From the IMG/VR virus record IMGVR_UViG_2836755666_000018, positions 10,315 to 74,314 of that record: a stretch of DNA of 64,000 nucleotides; one strand, written 5' to 3'. Shown piece by piece: positions 17,925-29,390 of this stretch. Under the pieces are notes generated by a model. The model was not told the origin of the DNA. It searched no databases and was given only the letters and a program-made list of their open reading frames with translations. Each line of letters begins with the position of its first letter. Position 1 is the first letter of the stretch. Position numbers and translations under genes: made by a program. This DNA comes from a virus (lineage: Duplodnaviria; Caudoviricetes).

Positions 17925-19133
17925 TTAACCGCCTGCTCCACTGGCTTTGCCCTTCAATAATTTAATCGCATTACTATCCACTAACATAGACCCCACTCTT
18001 TTTGTCGTATAAAAATGAACAAACGGTTTATTGGTATAGGGATCTCTCAATACCCTGACACCAATACGATCTAAAATGGTATAGCAACGTTTAAAATTAC
18101 CAAAAGCAACCGGAACATTGCCCGCGCCTAAATCCGCAAACTGTTCATTTTCTGCAATACCGTAACCTAATAAGGCGGAGGGTTGTCCTAACTGCAAACC
18201 AGGTTGCCACAAATAATTACCTTGTGAATCTTTTAATGTTCTTACCTGAAATAATGTCTTATTATTCATCATAAACCGGGCATTAGTACGATAAGGTTTA
18301 CGCAAGGTATAAATGAGTTGCATGATTTCATCAGCGGTAATTTCTGATGGTTTTTTAAGCATCAGGTGTTGCAGCGTTCCCCATTCACGCTCCTTATCCG
18401 CTTTTTCATCGCTCCCATAGGCTAACAATCCTTTTTTTTTTGACCATCACCGGATGTAAATGCCAACTCTTCCTGTTGAGCAAACTCCTGCGTCAATTCT
18501 GACACGATAAATTGTTCAACAAAAAACTATCATCAAGCATTCTTTGGGTGGCAGCTGGATTACCATAAATTTCACCCCAGACAGGCTCAATAACCCCTAA
18601 TTTCGATGTCGATGTCTCCGGACGCTTATCCGTTTCACCGACCCAACCACTTGTCGTTCCGCCTTTATTAATTAGCTTTTTATAATCGGGGGTACCAACC
18701 GTTAATACCTGACATTCCTGGCGCATCACAATTTCATCCCCCAACGCCTTGATGATATTGCGGTCTAATTCCTCAGGTACTGCATACCCCCCGTCAGGGT
18801 CTGTGGTCGTTTGCATGGCTTTTTTTTCAAGTTCAGCGAGTCCCTCTTCTTTGCCTTTGCGGATGAACAGCGAAAAAGCCAATTTATGATCATTTATACT
18901 CTGGCTGCTTTTCATTGCCGCAGGGCGTTTTAACGCCACTAATTCTTCTTCAAGCGAGGATTTTAACGCATCGAGTTCACTGAGTTTAGCATTCAGTGTT
19001 TCAACATTTTCCGATAGCTTACCCTTCTGCGCTTCAATGGCTTCAATACGTTTATCATTTTTTCTTTAAATTCGTTAAATCGGTTTTGTAGCTCTTGTGC
19101 TACCAGTTCAACATCTTTCTTGTCTATTGGCAT
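17925..19133 (-). pseudogene. Helper major capsid protein (HK97 family), frameshifted
   Basis: DGGYAVPEELD, WVGE, YRTNARFMMN, FGNFKRCY spread over several frames; breaks at homopolymers. Confidence 0.85.
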
Positions 19134-19149
19134 AATTTACCCTTATCTT

Positions 19150-19794
19150 TTAAAATATAATGGATTTCAAGGCTGCTAACAGATCGGTTTCAACGTCTCG
19201 CTGAGACAAAGCAAGGTAGCCTTCCGCCATGAAATTTTTTGCTTGTGTTCGAGAAAGTCCAACATCACGCAGGACTCGTTCAATCTCTTTTGGTGCGGGA
19301 ATTTGACCTTGCGCAAATACTGATTTGATCGTATTAATCCTCGCTTCATCATTCGCTGGAAAGGTCACTAAACTCACCTCCCATAAATCTATCTCTTTAA
19401 TCAAAAGACCCTTTAGTGCGTTCGTATTCGCCATCTTTAAGCACATACCCAATAGAAAGGCCGGATAGTGATCCGGCCTTCATGTGCGCATGGGCTCGCT
19501 TGGCTAAAGGGTCATCTTCAATGAGCAATTTTCCTTTGACAAATAACCCTCTTTCATCCTCCCACATTTCGGTATAGACCCTATCGGTTCATCCATGCGG
19601 TGCTGCCAAAGAAGGGCAGGAAAACTATTTTACATCGCCAATGCGTTAGTGATGTTTCAAATGCGCCTCGCATTACGATGTCATCAAAACTGTCTTTACC
19701 CCAAAACAGAACCATAGCCGGAAAACTCACCCGATTCAGTCACTGATTTTAGACTCAGCGGCATATCAAACCGCTGTTTTATCATTATTGTCAT
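19150..19794 (-). pseudogene. Helper prohead protease, frameshifted
   Basis: GEFSGYGSV, LLWQH, GLSIGY, DLWEVSLVTFPAN in different frames. Confidence 0.8.
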
Positions 19795-20994
19795 TCGATT
19801 TATCCTCGCTAAACTCGGTAAGACTGGGTTTTGTTGTCATATTCATCGGCGTTAAATAAATATCACCGCCTTCACGAGGGTTAAGCTCCTCCAGTTCGCG
19901 GCATTCATTTGGGGAATAAATTCCCAATTAATTCCCGTTGCGTAAGCTGCAAACCGTGATTTCATATCACCACGTAATAACGCCCCAGTATTGAACTTAG
20001 CATAAAAATTTTTCTGCTTTTTTTCAGCGATTAACCCGATATTGATTCGCTGTTCAATGCGCGTTAGATAAGGAACCAGCGAATAGTTGATAAAACCAAT
20101 GCCCAGATTCTCAATATTATTAAACGTGGCTCTATCTGTATTTTGCACCATGTGCAACGGAACGCGAAAAATACGGCAGATTTCTTCCAGTTGAAACTTG
20201 CGTGTTTCCAAAAACTGAGCATCTTCCGCTGACAAACTAATTTGTTGCCACTTCAATCCCATTTCAAGGATCATCGGTTTATGGGCATTCTCAAGGCCTT
20301 GATGGCGGACTTCAAAGTCATTTTTTAATCGCTCATAAGCGTCATCTGTCAAATATTGTTCCGTTTGTAAAACCCCACTTGTCACTGCCCCATTTCCAAA
20401 TAGACGTGAGCCATGCTCTTCTGTTGCTAGTCCAAGACCGATGGCTTGACGTGCATACGCAATTGGACTCAACCCTATTAATCCATCCAATGTAAAAATG
20501 CGAACATGCCATATTTCATCCTGACTCAGAATACGGCTTGTTCCATCTGGCAACGTGACTTGATATTCAATACCCCATTGAGGATTTAGCGTTGGTGCGA
20601 CACTGTCAGGACTTAATGGAAGTAATTCAACCACTTCGCCTAAGGCCTTAACCTTATAGGCATAAAAATTGCCCCTCAGACACAAACTCGTTATTAATAA
20701 TTCCCAAAACTCTTGTGAAGTCATATACCCATTTGGTTTGGCTGATAATAGCTGATGAAGCCTTTCTTTCGTGGCGCGTTGATTGCATTGTGCCGTTCGT
20801 TCATACAGGGCACAAGGCAGCATGCCGACAGATTCTGCTAATACTCTGACACAGCTAAATACCGCGGTTAGCTGCATAGCCAACCTAGGACTGACTCTAC
20901 GACCGGCGTAAGTATCGTAAGAAAGCCCCATCAGATGACCAAGTTCCTGTGAAGTTATGTCACTTTTTTTGCTAAAAAGTCCTGGAAAAAACAT
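19766..20994 (-). pseudogene. Helper portal protein, frameshift near 3' end
   Basis: LRGNFYA, GLSPI, ICRIFRVP; C-terminus GDIYLTPMNM in another frame. Confidence 0.88.
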
Positions 20995-21002
20995 AATGCC
21001 TC

Positions 21003-21170
21003 TTATTGTTTGATTTTTCGACTCATCATGTACGAAACCAAAAATGACCACAGCAAACAAAGAATACCGCCAACAATAAAACCAGCGGCGGGCAGCAATA
21101 ACCAGGCACCGAAAGCCAATAAAATGGCACCAATAATGCCTGTGATAAATGAAAGCAGTGTTAATATCAT
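21003..21170 (-). CDS. Small membrane protein between terL and portal
   Basis: MILTLLSFITGIIGAILLAFGAWLLLPAAGFIVGGILCLLWSFLV..., typical position. Confidence 0.7.
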   Translation of the reverse strand: MILTLLSFITGIIGAILLAFGAWLLLPAAGFIVGGILCLLWSFLVSYMMSRKIKQ

Positions 21171-21180
21171 TGTGTGATCC

Positions 21181-21921
21181 TTAAAGCGATCTCAGTCCGT
21201 GGGAACTAATAATTTCAGAAAGCGAAGGTTGATGGTTCCCCCCATTGACTAATAATCGACTCATTGCGGTAAAAAGCGCACAAGGGCCATCAATCTTAGC
21301 TTCCGCCGTTGACTTATTTGGGAAGATGTTGTCATTTTTGTCAGGTCTTACCGTCACATTAGACATCATCCAGTTCATTACTGGGTGTTGGTTGTGGTGC
21401 AGTTTCCCGGCGTATACCAATGCTTCCACTGCTTTCATTGCTTCTGACAGATTTCTGACTGTTTGAGAAACTTCAACCAGTGGTAGGCCTTCTTCTGCGA
21501 GTGATAAGCCAAATTGCGTTGCACTCCAGGGATCAAATCCTATTTCTTTTAATGTTTGTCCTGAGACCCACGTAATGATTTCCTCTTTGATTTGATTGTG
21601 ATCAACCACTTCACCATCAGTCAGGGTTAATACCCCCATCGCTGACCATTTCCGATAGAGTTCTGCAATTTGTCGAGAACAACGCGCTAGCCTGTCCTCT
21701 GGCAGCCAGAACCTGGCATCAGTATGAACATGACCATTGTTTGCCTGCCAGACTTTGACGGCCGCACAAATATCAATTTTGTTAGCCAAATCAACACCGA
21801 CCCACATCGGATAGGTTTTAGCTCGTGCATTGGGGCGACAGCAGAGATCTGTCCATTTGAGCATATCCATCCAGGCTGACTCTGCACTCACCCAAACGTT
21901 GGCGTGCTTTGTTATAAAATT
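21181..21921 (-). CDS. terL: Helper terminase large subunit, 3' part (split by satellite 2)
   Basis: NFITKHANVWVSAESAWMD...GVDLA...FDPWSA...KIDG; in-frame join to 37260-38267; possible extra indels near 21830-21850. Confidence 0.88.
   Translation of the reverse strand, partial: NFITKHANVWVSAESAWMDMLKWTDLCCRPNARAKTYPMWVGVDLANKIDICAAVKVWQANNGHVHTDARFWLPEDRLARCSRQIAELYRKWSAMGVLTLTDGEVVDHNQIKEEIITWVSGQTLKEIGFDPWSATQFGLSLAEEGLPLVEVSQTVRNLSEAMKAVEALVYAGKLHHNQHPVMNWMMSNVTVRPDKNDNIFPNKSTAEAKIDGPCALFTAMSRLLVNGGNHQPSLSEIISSHGLRSL
21907..21921. repeat. att core of satellite 2 (terL-side end)
   Basis: CTTTGTTATAAAATT; IHF consensus TATCAATAAGTTA about 25 bp inside. Confidence 0.9.
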
Positions 21922-21988
21922 ACAAACAATTATAATTTAACTATATATCAATAAGTTAATGAATATTTATTATTTATTTATAGCTATC

Positions 21989-22012
21989 TGCAATACACAT
22001 TGCAATACACAG
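21989..22012. promoter_or_regulatory. Putative integrase arm-type sites
   Basis: TGCAATACACATTGCAATACACAG. Confidence 0.75.
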
Positions 22013-22068
22013 GTTTTAATCAGAAGAGAAATTTGTTTAAGATTATCCGGGGCGCTAATAAAAACCCG

Positions 22069-23729
22069 CTACACCCCATCAAATGAAGCTAATCGTTGTT
22101 TCTGCTCATCGGTCAAACTAAAGGTAAAGTCCTCATGCTCTATCTGCCATGTGCCAAAACTCATCAGAAACGCTAAGGCCGGGTCGATTTTATTAGCCGA
22201 TTTCTTCTTGTTCGGTTTAATATTGGCGTTTGCATCGGTTTCCATCACTACATTTGCGATCGCCCATGTTAAAACAGGGTCGCCGTTATGGTGGATATTC
22301 TGACGATTAACAAACACTTCTGCTGACTTGGCGACAGGGCTTAAACGCATATAGGTTTGTGGGAAGGGTTCAACATCTAAACCTGCACCCTGTAATTGCG
22401 TTCTAAGATGAGTCGCATTCCACGTATCAAAGCCAATGAGCTTAATCTCAAACTGCTCACTGTCTTTGAGAATATCATCTCTGATACGGTCATAATCAAT
22501 ACAATCGCCTTTGGTGGTTCTCAGCCAGCCTAACCGCACCCATTGATGATAGATTGCTCTATTTTTATTCGCTGGACTCTGTAATTGCGCTTCGGGGATA
22601 TAGTGACGGCTCAATAGCAAGAGCGCATTCTCTTGTGGGAAGGTATAACAGACGCTAGTAATATCGTTTGTTGAGGATAAATCCATCCCTGCATAACAGG
22701 TTTGTCCCTTTAAATCCGTTTCCTTGTAGTCCCGTTGACAGGCAGCCCAAGCCCCTTCACCCATCCACGGCGTTTGACCCTGACACCAGATATTAAATCG
22801 TTTGGTTAACATCTCTGTCCATTGTGAGGGAATTCCCCTTGCTTTTTTAATCGTATCGTTCAGGGCATGACTTTCTACAGAGACATTAAGATTAGGATTG
22901 GCTTTAACCCAGTTATGCTCATCATCAAGCTCACCGTCTTCGTCTAGTTCATAAATCAGGGCAAAGAGTGATTCATTCTGCGCTTCACCGTCCAATATCT
23001 GACAACAATAATCATAGTGCTGTTTACAGGCTGAAATAACATTGCTCCCTGCGGTGGTAATGGCAAAAGTAGTGCTTCAGGGCGTGCCCCATCCCTAACT
23101 CAAGCGCGGAATAAACCGCATTATCAGGGTGTAGATGGTACTCATCGACGATCGCCAGACTCGGATTAGTGCCCTCAATGGTGGCAGCTTTGGCAGCAAG
23201 CGGCTTTAGCAAACTGTTATTTTAGGATAAATTATTTTATGTTGCTGGATAGTCAGCCGTTTCTTTAGGCTAGGGATAGCAAACACATCTGACGGGCATC
23301 ATCAAAACAATGCGTGCCTGGTCTCGACTCACGGCTGCCGTATAAATATCCTGTTGCCCCTTCCATGATTAAAAACCAATTAGCCAGTATTGCAGCCAAT
23401 GTAGACTTAGCGTTCTTTCTTGGCACTTGGATATACGCACTACGATATTTTCTTCTTCCCGTGCTAACTTCTTTGAATCCTAAAATATTCGCTATAGCAA
23501 ATTGCTGCCAAGGTTCTAATTGAATGGGCTTACCTCGAAGATGTCCTTTTACATGGGGGCAGAGACGGGAAAAAGCGATAAAACGTGCTACCGTTGGCGT
23601 ATCGAAGGTATAAACGGGATTATTGCGGTCATTAAAATAACGATTAACCGCCTGTTTTAAGCGCTTACAGGCCGGAATATCGCTATTTCTGACGCGCTCA
23701 GCGTATTGATGCCAATCGGTCAAGTTCAT
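22069..23729 (-). pseudogene. terL: Satellite 2 terminase large subunit, frameshifted
   Basis: Near-identical to 1222-2889 with single-base homopolymer deletions. Confidence 0.9.
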
Positions 23730-24063
23730 CTTCTTCTTGCATTTCTACCGGATTACGGCGACGTGATACGGGGTCAAAACCTAATAGGGAGGCCATTTTT
23801 ATCATGGTTTTTTCTGCCTCAGCTTTGGCGCTTAATGCGGGGTTCCTACTTTCGCTTCCCTGACTGTTGGCGATACTAAATCCGCGTTCTGCGAGGTCTG
23901 CAACGGCTTTTCGGTAAATGGAATAGTTGACGCAATACAGCTCAAAGCTACTCCAATCAGTGGGGTTCAGGTCGTTACGCTCTGCAACGAATTTTGCCTT
24001 AGCTTTCCATTCTGTAGTAGCAATCTCATCAAGATAGCTAGGTGCTTTGGGTGCTCTTGCCAT
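23698..24063 (-). CDS. terS: Satellite 2 terminase small subunit
   Basis: Protein identical to 2858-3223. Confidence 0.9.
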   Translation of the reverse strand: MARAPKAPSYLDEIATTEWKAKAKFVAERNDLNPTDWSSFELYCVNYSIYRKAVADLAERGFSIANSQGSESRNPALSAKAEAEKTMIKMASLLGFDPVSRRRNPVEMQEEDELDRLASIR

Positions 24064-24305
24064 AATCTACTGTTTTCCTTATTGTTTTATTTTCAAAAAA
24101 ATGACCGCGCATAAAAAATTCGATTGACGTGCGGTCCCAGCGCAATAGGGGGTTGTCATATTTAACTCCCCCACCCCCTACTTCCCAAGGCTGATTCCTA
24201 AAACATTCCATTAGCTCACGGTCACGCTGAGCCAATCGTTTAACGTAGGATTTATTCGCGCTTGGCTTAACGCGTCGATAACCTTGGCTATGTCTAAGTA
24301 ATCCC

Positions 24306-24774
24306 TTAATCAATTGATTTATCTGATATTCGTCCATTAAGGTTATACTCGTGTATCCAGTCATTACGATGAGCAGCTTTTTCTTCCTGCTCACGGAACA
24401 TGCCAGCTTTACGCTGTGCTTTAGTTATTGGATCTTGCTGAATAATTTTGCGGTTATGACATCCCTGACACAATGATTGATGGTTATCTTGCCACCAGAA
24501 CAGTACATCGCTATCTCCATCGATTGGGATGATATGGTCAACGATTTTAGCGGGTGTATATATCCCCTGACTTTCGCACTTCACGCAAAGAGGATGCTCC
24601 TTCAAATAAATCAGACGATATTTAGCCCATTGGCTGGAGTAGCCACGCTGGGTATGCGTTCCACGTTGTTTTCTACTCTGCGTCTGGCTGCTCGTTTATG
24701 CGCCTCGCACTTACCCGATTTCACTCGGGTACTACAGCCTGGCTCTGTACATCTTTTAATGGTTGATACGGCAT
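24306..24774 (-). pseudogene. HNH endonuclease, frameshifted
   Basis: Copy of 3464-3934 with indels. Confidence 0.85.
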
Positions 24775-25076
24775 TTAATACACTCCAATATCTCGATACA
24801 CTGACCATAACGATTTAATCGTAAAGGGACTTCTTTAAGCTCAACATCTGTTGCCATTTCCCGATTCTCATAGAGCAATCCGATATAGAGCAAACACCCA
24901 ACCTTAATTGCTGGCGTGAATGTCAATCCTTCATCAAACCGTTTGCCGATATGTTGTTGACAGGCTTCAAGTGCTGCTTCGGCATACGTGGTTAATAATT
25001 TATCATCCAGCGTAAAACTCTCTTCTAATCGACAATGCTGTTTGATTTCATTTAAAGGGATTTTTACATTAATCAA
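24775..25076 (-). pseudogene. Head-tail connector, frameshift near 3' end
   Basis: Copy of 3935-4237, one G missing in a run. Confidence 0.82.
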
Positions 25077-25407
25077 ATCGTCCTCCTCCCTTGCAAATCA
25101 ATTCTAATCTTGATTGGCGTGCATCGGATAAAACAACGGCTATCTCAAATCGAGAACCCAGTGTATTAGCACCTTTATACACAATGGCGTTGTCAATCGT
25201 GATATCAGGACGATAACGCATCCAAATCTTGACGATGGCTTGAGGATAGCGAGTACCAAAGGTTAATAACTCCTGACCGCGTAGCGCTTTTACTTCTGCC
25301 CAGACATCTTCAACATCTACCCAGGTTACTCGCTGGTCACCTAGATTACCGTATGTAATCTCTTGTTTCTGAATCGTCACACGATGTCTTAATCGTCCTG
25401 CTCTCAT
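25069..25407 (-). CDS. Head closure / head-tail adaptor
   Basis: Identical protein to 4230-4568. Confidence 0.9.
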   Translation of the reverse strand: MRAGRLRHRVTIQKQEITYGNLGDQRVTWVDVEDVWAEVKALRGQELLTFGTRYPQAIVKIWMRYRPDITIDNAIVYKGANTLGSRFEIAVVLSDARQSRLELICKGGGRFD

Positions 25408-26621
25408 GCGTTGTCCTCCGCATGTTTCTTAACCTCAATATGCTGTTTCCACGCCTGACTAAATTCATCACCGCCATCACGAGGCGGTAAGCCTTCCCGT
25501 TCACGGGCTTCATTGGGGCACATCACACCGGATTTAATCGCCGTTTCATAACTTAAGAAACGCTCTCTTGGGTTGGCTCTGAGTAAATCGGCGGTGTCAA
25601 ATTCCACTTGGTAACGCATACCGGATTGCGGAACATTAAGTAGTAGTGCCGATTTGATTTGCTGTTCGAAATTCGCTAACCAAGGGCGCATGGTAATGGT
25701 TAAAAACGCGCGGCTGGCTTCACTAAAATTACTGTAGGTACTGTTGGAATATTCTTGCAGAAAAATAGGGCTGACATTGAACATGCGGGCGATATCTTCT
25801 ATCGTAAAACGGCGGGAAGCTAACCATTCTGCATCCTGATTACTCATGCCTAATTTTTCATATCCCATTCCACCTTCAAGGATTGGCACTTTACCCGCAT
25901 TTTTTGCGCCTCGATAACGTTCAAGCGCGTCAAGGGCTTTTTGCCCTTTGGCATCATTCAGCCACTCATTGGATTTAATAATCCCTGCTGCCATCATGCC
26001 ATCTTTCATCACACTCGCGCCGTGGCGCTGTTGGGCTAGTCCTAAACCTAATGTCTCCCGACAAATCGTAATCGGTGAACGTCCCATAAACCCATCATCC
26101 GTGGCGTAACGTAAATGTAAGATTTCTTCTTGCAGACAGATACGGACTTGACCACTGTATGGCTCGGTTATCGTATAACGGTAACGGTGCTCACTTAATC
26201 GTTCAGGTACAACCGCACTCGGCGGATAAGGATGTAATGAAGCGGGCTGTCCGTCTTTACCCCATGTGATAAGCGCATAGGCATTACCATTGAGTAAGCA
26301 ATGGCGCATTAGGGTTCGTTTAAACTGGAAAGGTGTTTGACAATCATTTGGTTTTTCATTGAGCAAATAATCTACCACGTGGTTACTTAGCCATTCCCGT
26401 GATTCCATACCTTTATCATTGTGTACCCGATATAAAAAACAGGGCATCGTCGCCACCGCTTCACTAATCACCGTAACGGCATTGATAACAGCGGGTAAGC
26501 CTTCTGCGGTTATCGGTGAGACATATTCGCCTGACCGACTGTTAGGAATGCCAGCCAGTGACAGGAACTCATCAATACTAAGGCTGCGTTCTTCTGCCTT
26601 TTTATGTCTGAATGGCCACAT
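25404..26621 (-). CDS. Satellite 2 portal protein
   Basis: Near-identical to satellite 1 portal. Confidence 0.93.
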   Translation of the reverse strand: MWPFRHKKAEERSLSIDEFLSLAGIPNSRSGEYVSPITAEGLPAVINAVTVISEAVATMPCFLYRVHNDKGMESREWLSNHVVDYLLNEKPNDCQTPFQFKRTLMRHCLLNGNAYALITWGKDGQPASLHPYPPSAVVPERLSEHRYRYTITEPYSGQVRICLQEEILHLRYATDDGFMGRSPITICRETLGLGLAQQRHGASVMKDGMMAAGIIKSNEWLNDAKGQKALDALERYRGAKNAGKVPILEGGMGYEKLGMSNQDAEWLASRRFTIEDIARMFNVSPIFLQEYSNSTYSNFSEASRAFLTITMRPWLANFEQQIKSALLLNVPQSGMRYQVEFDTADLLRANPRERFLSYETAIKSGVMCPNEAREREGLPPRDGGDEFSQAWKQHIEVKKHAEDNA

Positions 26622-27177
26622 TATTCCACCTCAGATAATTGTAGCCACCGATTGTACAAATGCGTGGGTTTGGAGCGATTAGCATTGAGTGAACGCTTGG
26701 CAATTTCGACACCACTTTCAGGGTAAGCGGGTAAACTGGTGATCGTGATTTCTAGCAATTCAGCCTCAATAACCGTTCTGAGATAAGGCTTTTCACCAAT
26801 TTCCCAATGGTCTTTTATCGTCCTAAACGCAAAGCTCATACCGGATATATCCCCCCCGTTCAACCAGTGTTAGAACATCTCGGCCTAATTGGGTATCAGG
26901 CGGGGTAAGCGCAAACCGTAACCCCGTTTCATCTTCAGCCAGTTGTAACGTACTCGACGCGGTACGCCCTAATAGATTAGTTACGTCATGTTCAAACAGA
27001 CACCTTACATCTGTTCCTTTTCCCAGACTGTTTTTAAACGCATAGGGGGGCAAAGGTTTCAATAAATTCACCCCACAACAGTTGTGAACGGCTATTCCAT
27101 TTAACCGCATAGCCCATTAGTTTTTTTTCATCAGCGGTGATGCCTGCCGTGCGTATTTCAAAATCGGTTGATTTCAT
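26621..27177 (-). pseudogene. Prohead protease, frameshifted
   Basis: Copy of 5782-6336 with indels in C/G runs. Confidence 0.85.
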
Positions 27178-27181
27178 GGCG

Positions 27182-28331
27182 TTATGCCTTAACCTCAAGC
27201 ACTTTAATCGCATTGGAATCGACTAATCCACCACCGAGATATTTATCAGTATGAATTTTGATAAAGCCAGGCTCAGTAATATTGTCAGGTCGTGTACGGG
27301 TGCCTGTCTGATGGTCAACAATGGTGTAGCCACGTTTAAAGTCACCCAGCGCTATCACATCATCATTCATAAATTCAAGGTAATGAACCGATAAACCCAA
27401 CAGACTATCAGGATCACCCACTTGTAACCGTTCACGCCAGATATAATCACCATTGCCATTTTCAATTTTGTACTTTGGCAGCGGTGTTTGAGTTCATCAC
27501 CCAGACAGCATTTTACGGTATTTATTTTTTAGCGTGAATTTCAGGTCAATCAGGCTATCGGCTTCCAGTTTGGTCACTTCCTGCTTTTGCAATGTGCCAA
27601 AACTACGCGCTTTATCGGCTTTCGTATCACGGGGATAGGATAGAAATCCTTTTGCTTTCTTTGTACCGTTACCACTGACTAAATCGGTTTCTTCGGTATC
27701 AACAAAGGTGTCAGCGATTTCACGGGTCAACCAGCCTAAAATATCGACATCACTAAAATCCAGAATTTCCTGTGTTGTCTTGGGATAGGCATAGACAGGA
27801 AATAACTTGATACTCACTTCTTCCAGTTTAGGGGTAGCGGTTTCGGTTCTGGCTTTGCCTTCTTCACCGTGATTGATCACGGCACCACCAACAGACACCA
27901 GTTGCTTATATTCGTTGCTGTGAGTGGTCTTGATAGTACAGATTTTACGCATGACGGACTCATCACTGAGACGTTGCATAATCTGTTTATTCAGTTCAGG
28001 GATAACGGTATAGCCACCATCAGCCGGAACCCCAGTCGAAAGCCCGCGTGTTTCCCCTGTCAAAACATAATGCCTTAATGCATCATTTCCCTGTTCTTTT
28101 TGTACAGGCTTTGCCGCTAATGTTCTTTCTTCATCAGCGAGACTTTCATAACGGGCGATTTCAGTATTGAGGGTTTCCGACTGATGACGCAACGCATCAA
28201 AGTTTTAGCTTCATCTTCGGTCAGTGTTCGTTTTCTGTTTCTGCTAATGTCAGCATTGATCGCATTTGTGCCGTTAAATCGGCTTTTTGCTGACGTAATT
28301 CAAGTAGTCTTTTCAAGGTTGGCTCCTGCAT
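27182..28331 (-). pseudogene. Satellite 2 major capsid protein, frameshifted
   Basis: Copy of 6342-7511 with homopolymer deletions. Confidence 0.88.
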
Positions 28332-28765
28332 GCAGTGATTGTCTTGACTGAACATGCAGAAAAAAAGCAGCTAAGGGAAGGTGATATAAACCTTAACCGC
28401 TTTTAGTAACCATGAATATTTCAAAATACACCTGCATGAATCAGGAACCTCAATTTAACATGATGAAAAATAACAGGAAACAACCTCACAGGAAGGCAAA
28501 AGATGAGAAAACATGAGAACCAATAATTTACATAACTTTACATTAATTATTTATTAAAACATTAATAAGGGTTGCACCCGTTTTAGTGAAAACATCATGA
28601 GCTATTTTGGACAATCGGTAATCACTGCCTACCAGGAAAAGAAAGAATTTTTATGATGATCCTTGTTCTCTTTCGAAAAGATAAAATTTATTTAATAATA
28701 TTTCTCATGTCAGAGAAAAAATAAAAATATTTTAGCGTGCGTTTTATATAATTAAAAAAAACTGG

Positions 28766-29225
28766 AAAACTGTTCATACTGTTCACCAATTCAATAAAAG
28801 ATATATATATCAATAAATTATGTGGTGAATAGTTTTGTGTTAAGTGTTCACCACTGTTCACCCTTTCAATAAAGTGTTCACCTTTTTATGGATTGCTTTA
28901 GTTCAGGCAATAATAGTATAACGTATTGATATATAATATATTTATTTGCAATCATTAACAATCAAAACACTTTTATTAAATATTAATAAACACTTCCATC
29001 TTTTATTTTTCTTACAAGATTAAAAAATTATTTTATTAACCAACTTAAATAAATATTAATTTTATTTATAAATAAATTGAAGTTAGAAAACTTTTGTTCA
29101 TTACCCCTCCCATAAAAGGTGAACAGTGGTGAACACTTGGTGAATAGTTTTAAGTTAAGTGTTCACCCTTTAATTTATTGATATATATATCTTTTATTGA
29201 ATTGGTGAACAGTATGAACAGTTTT
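28766..29225. other. Satellite 2 replication origin: P4-type TGTTCACC iterons in a long inverted repeat around an AT-rich core
   Basis: 55-bp perfect inverted repeat 28766-28820 / 29171-29225, multiple TGTTCACC/GGTGAACA, IHF-like TATCAATAAATTA. Confidence 0.8.
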
Positions 29226-29390
29226 TACCAAAAAGTTTTATACGCATCTATTTTTTGTCTAACGCGACTTAAATAAAAAATTCTTTCCTTTCCCTGGTAG
29301 GCAGATAAAAAAGCCAGCCTTTTACTGGCTGGCGTTGTTTGTTTAGTATTGGCTGATGCTGGTTTGATATTACGGTGTCTATAATTTATG

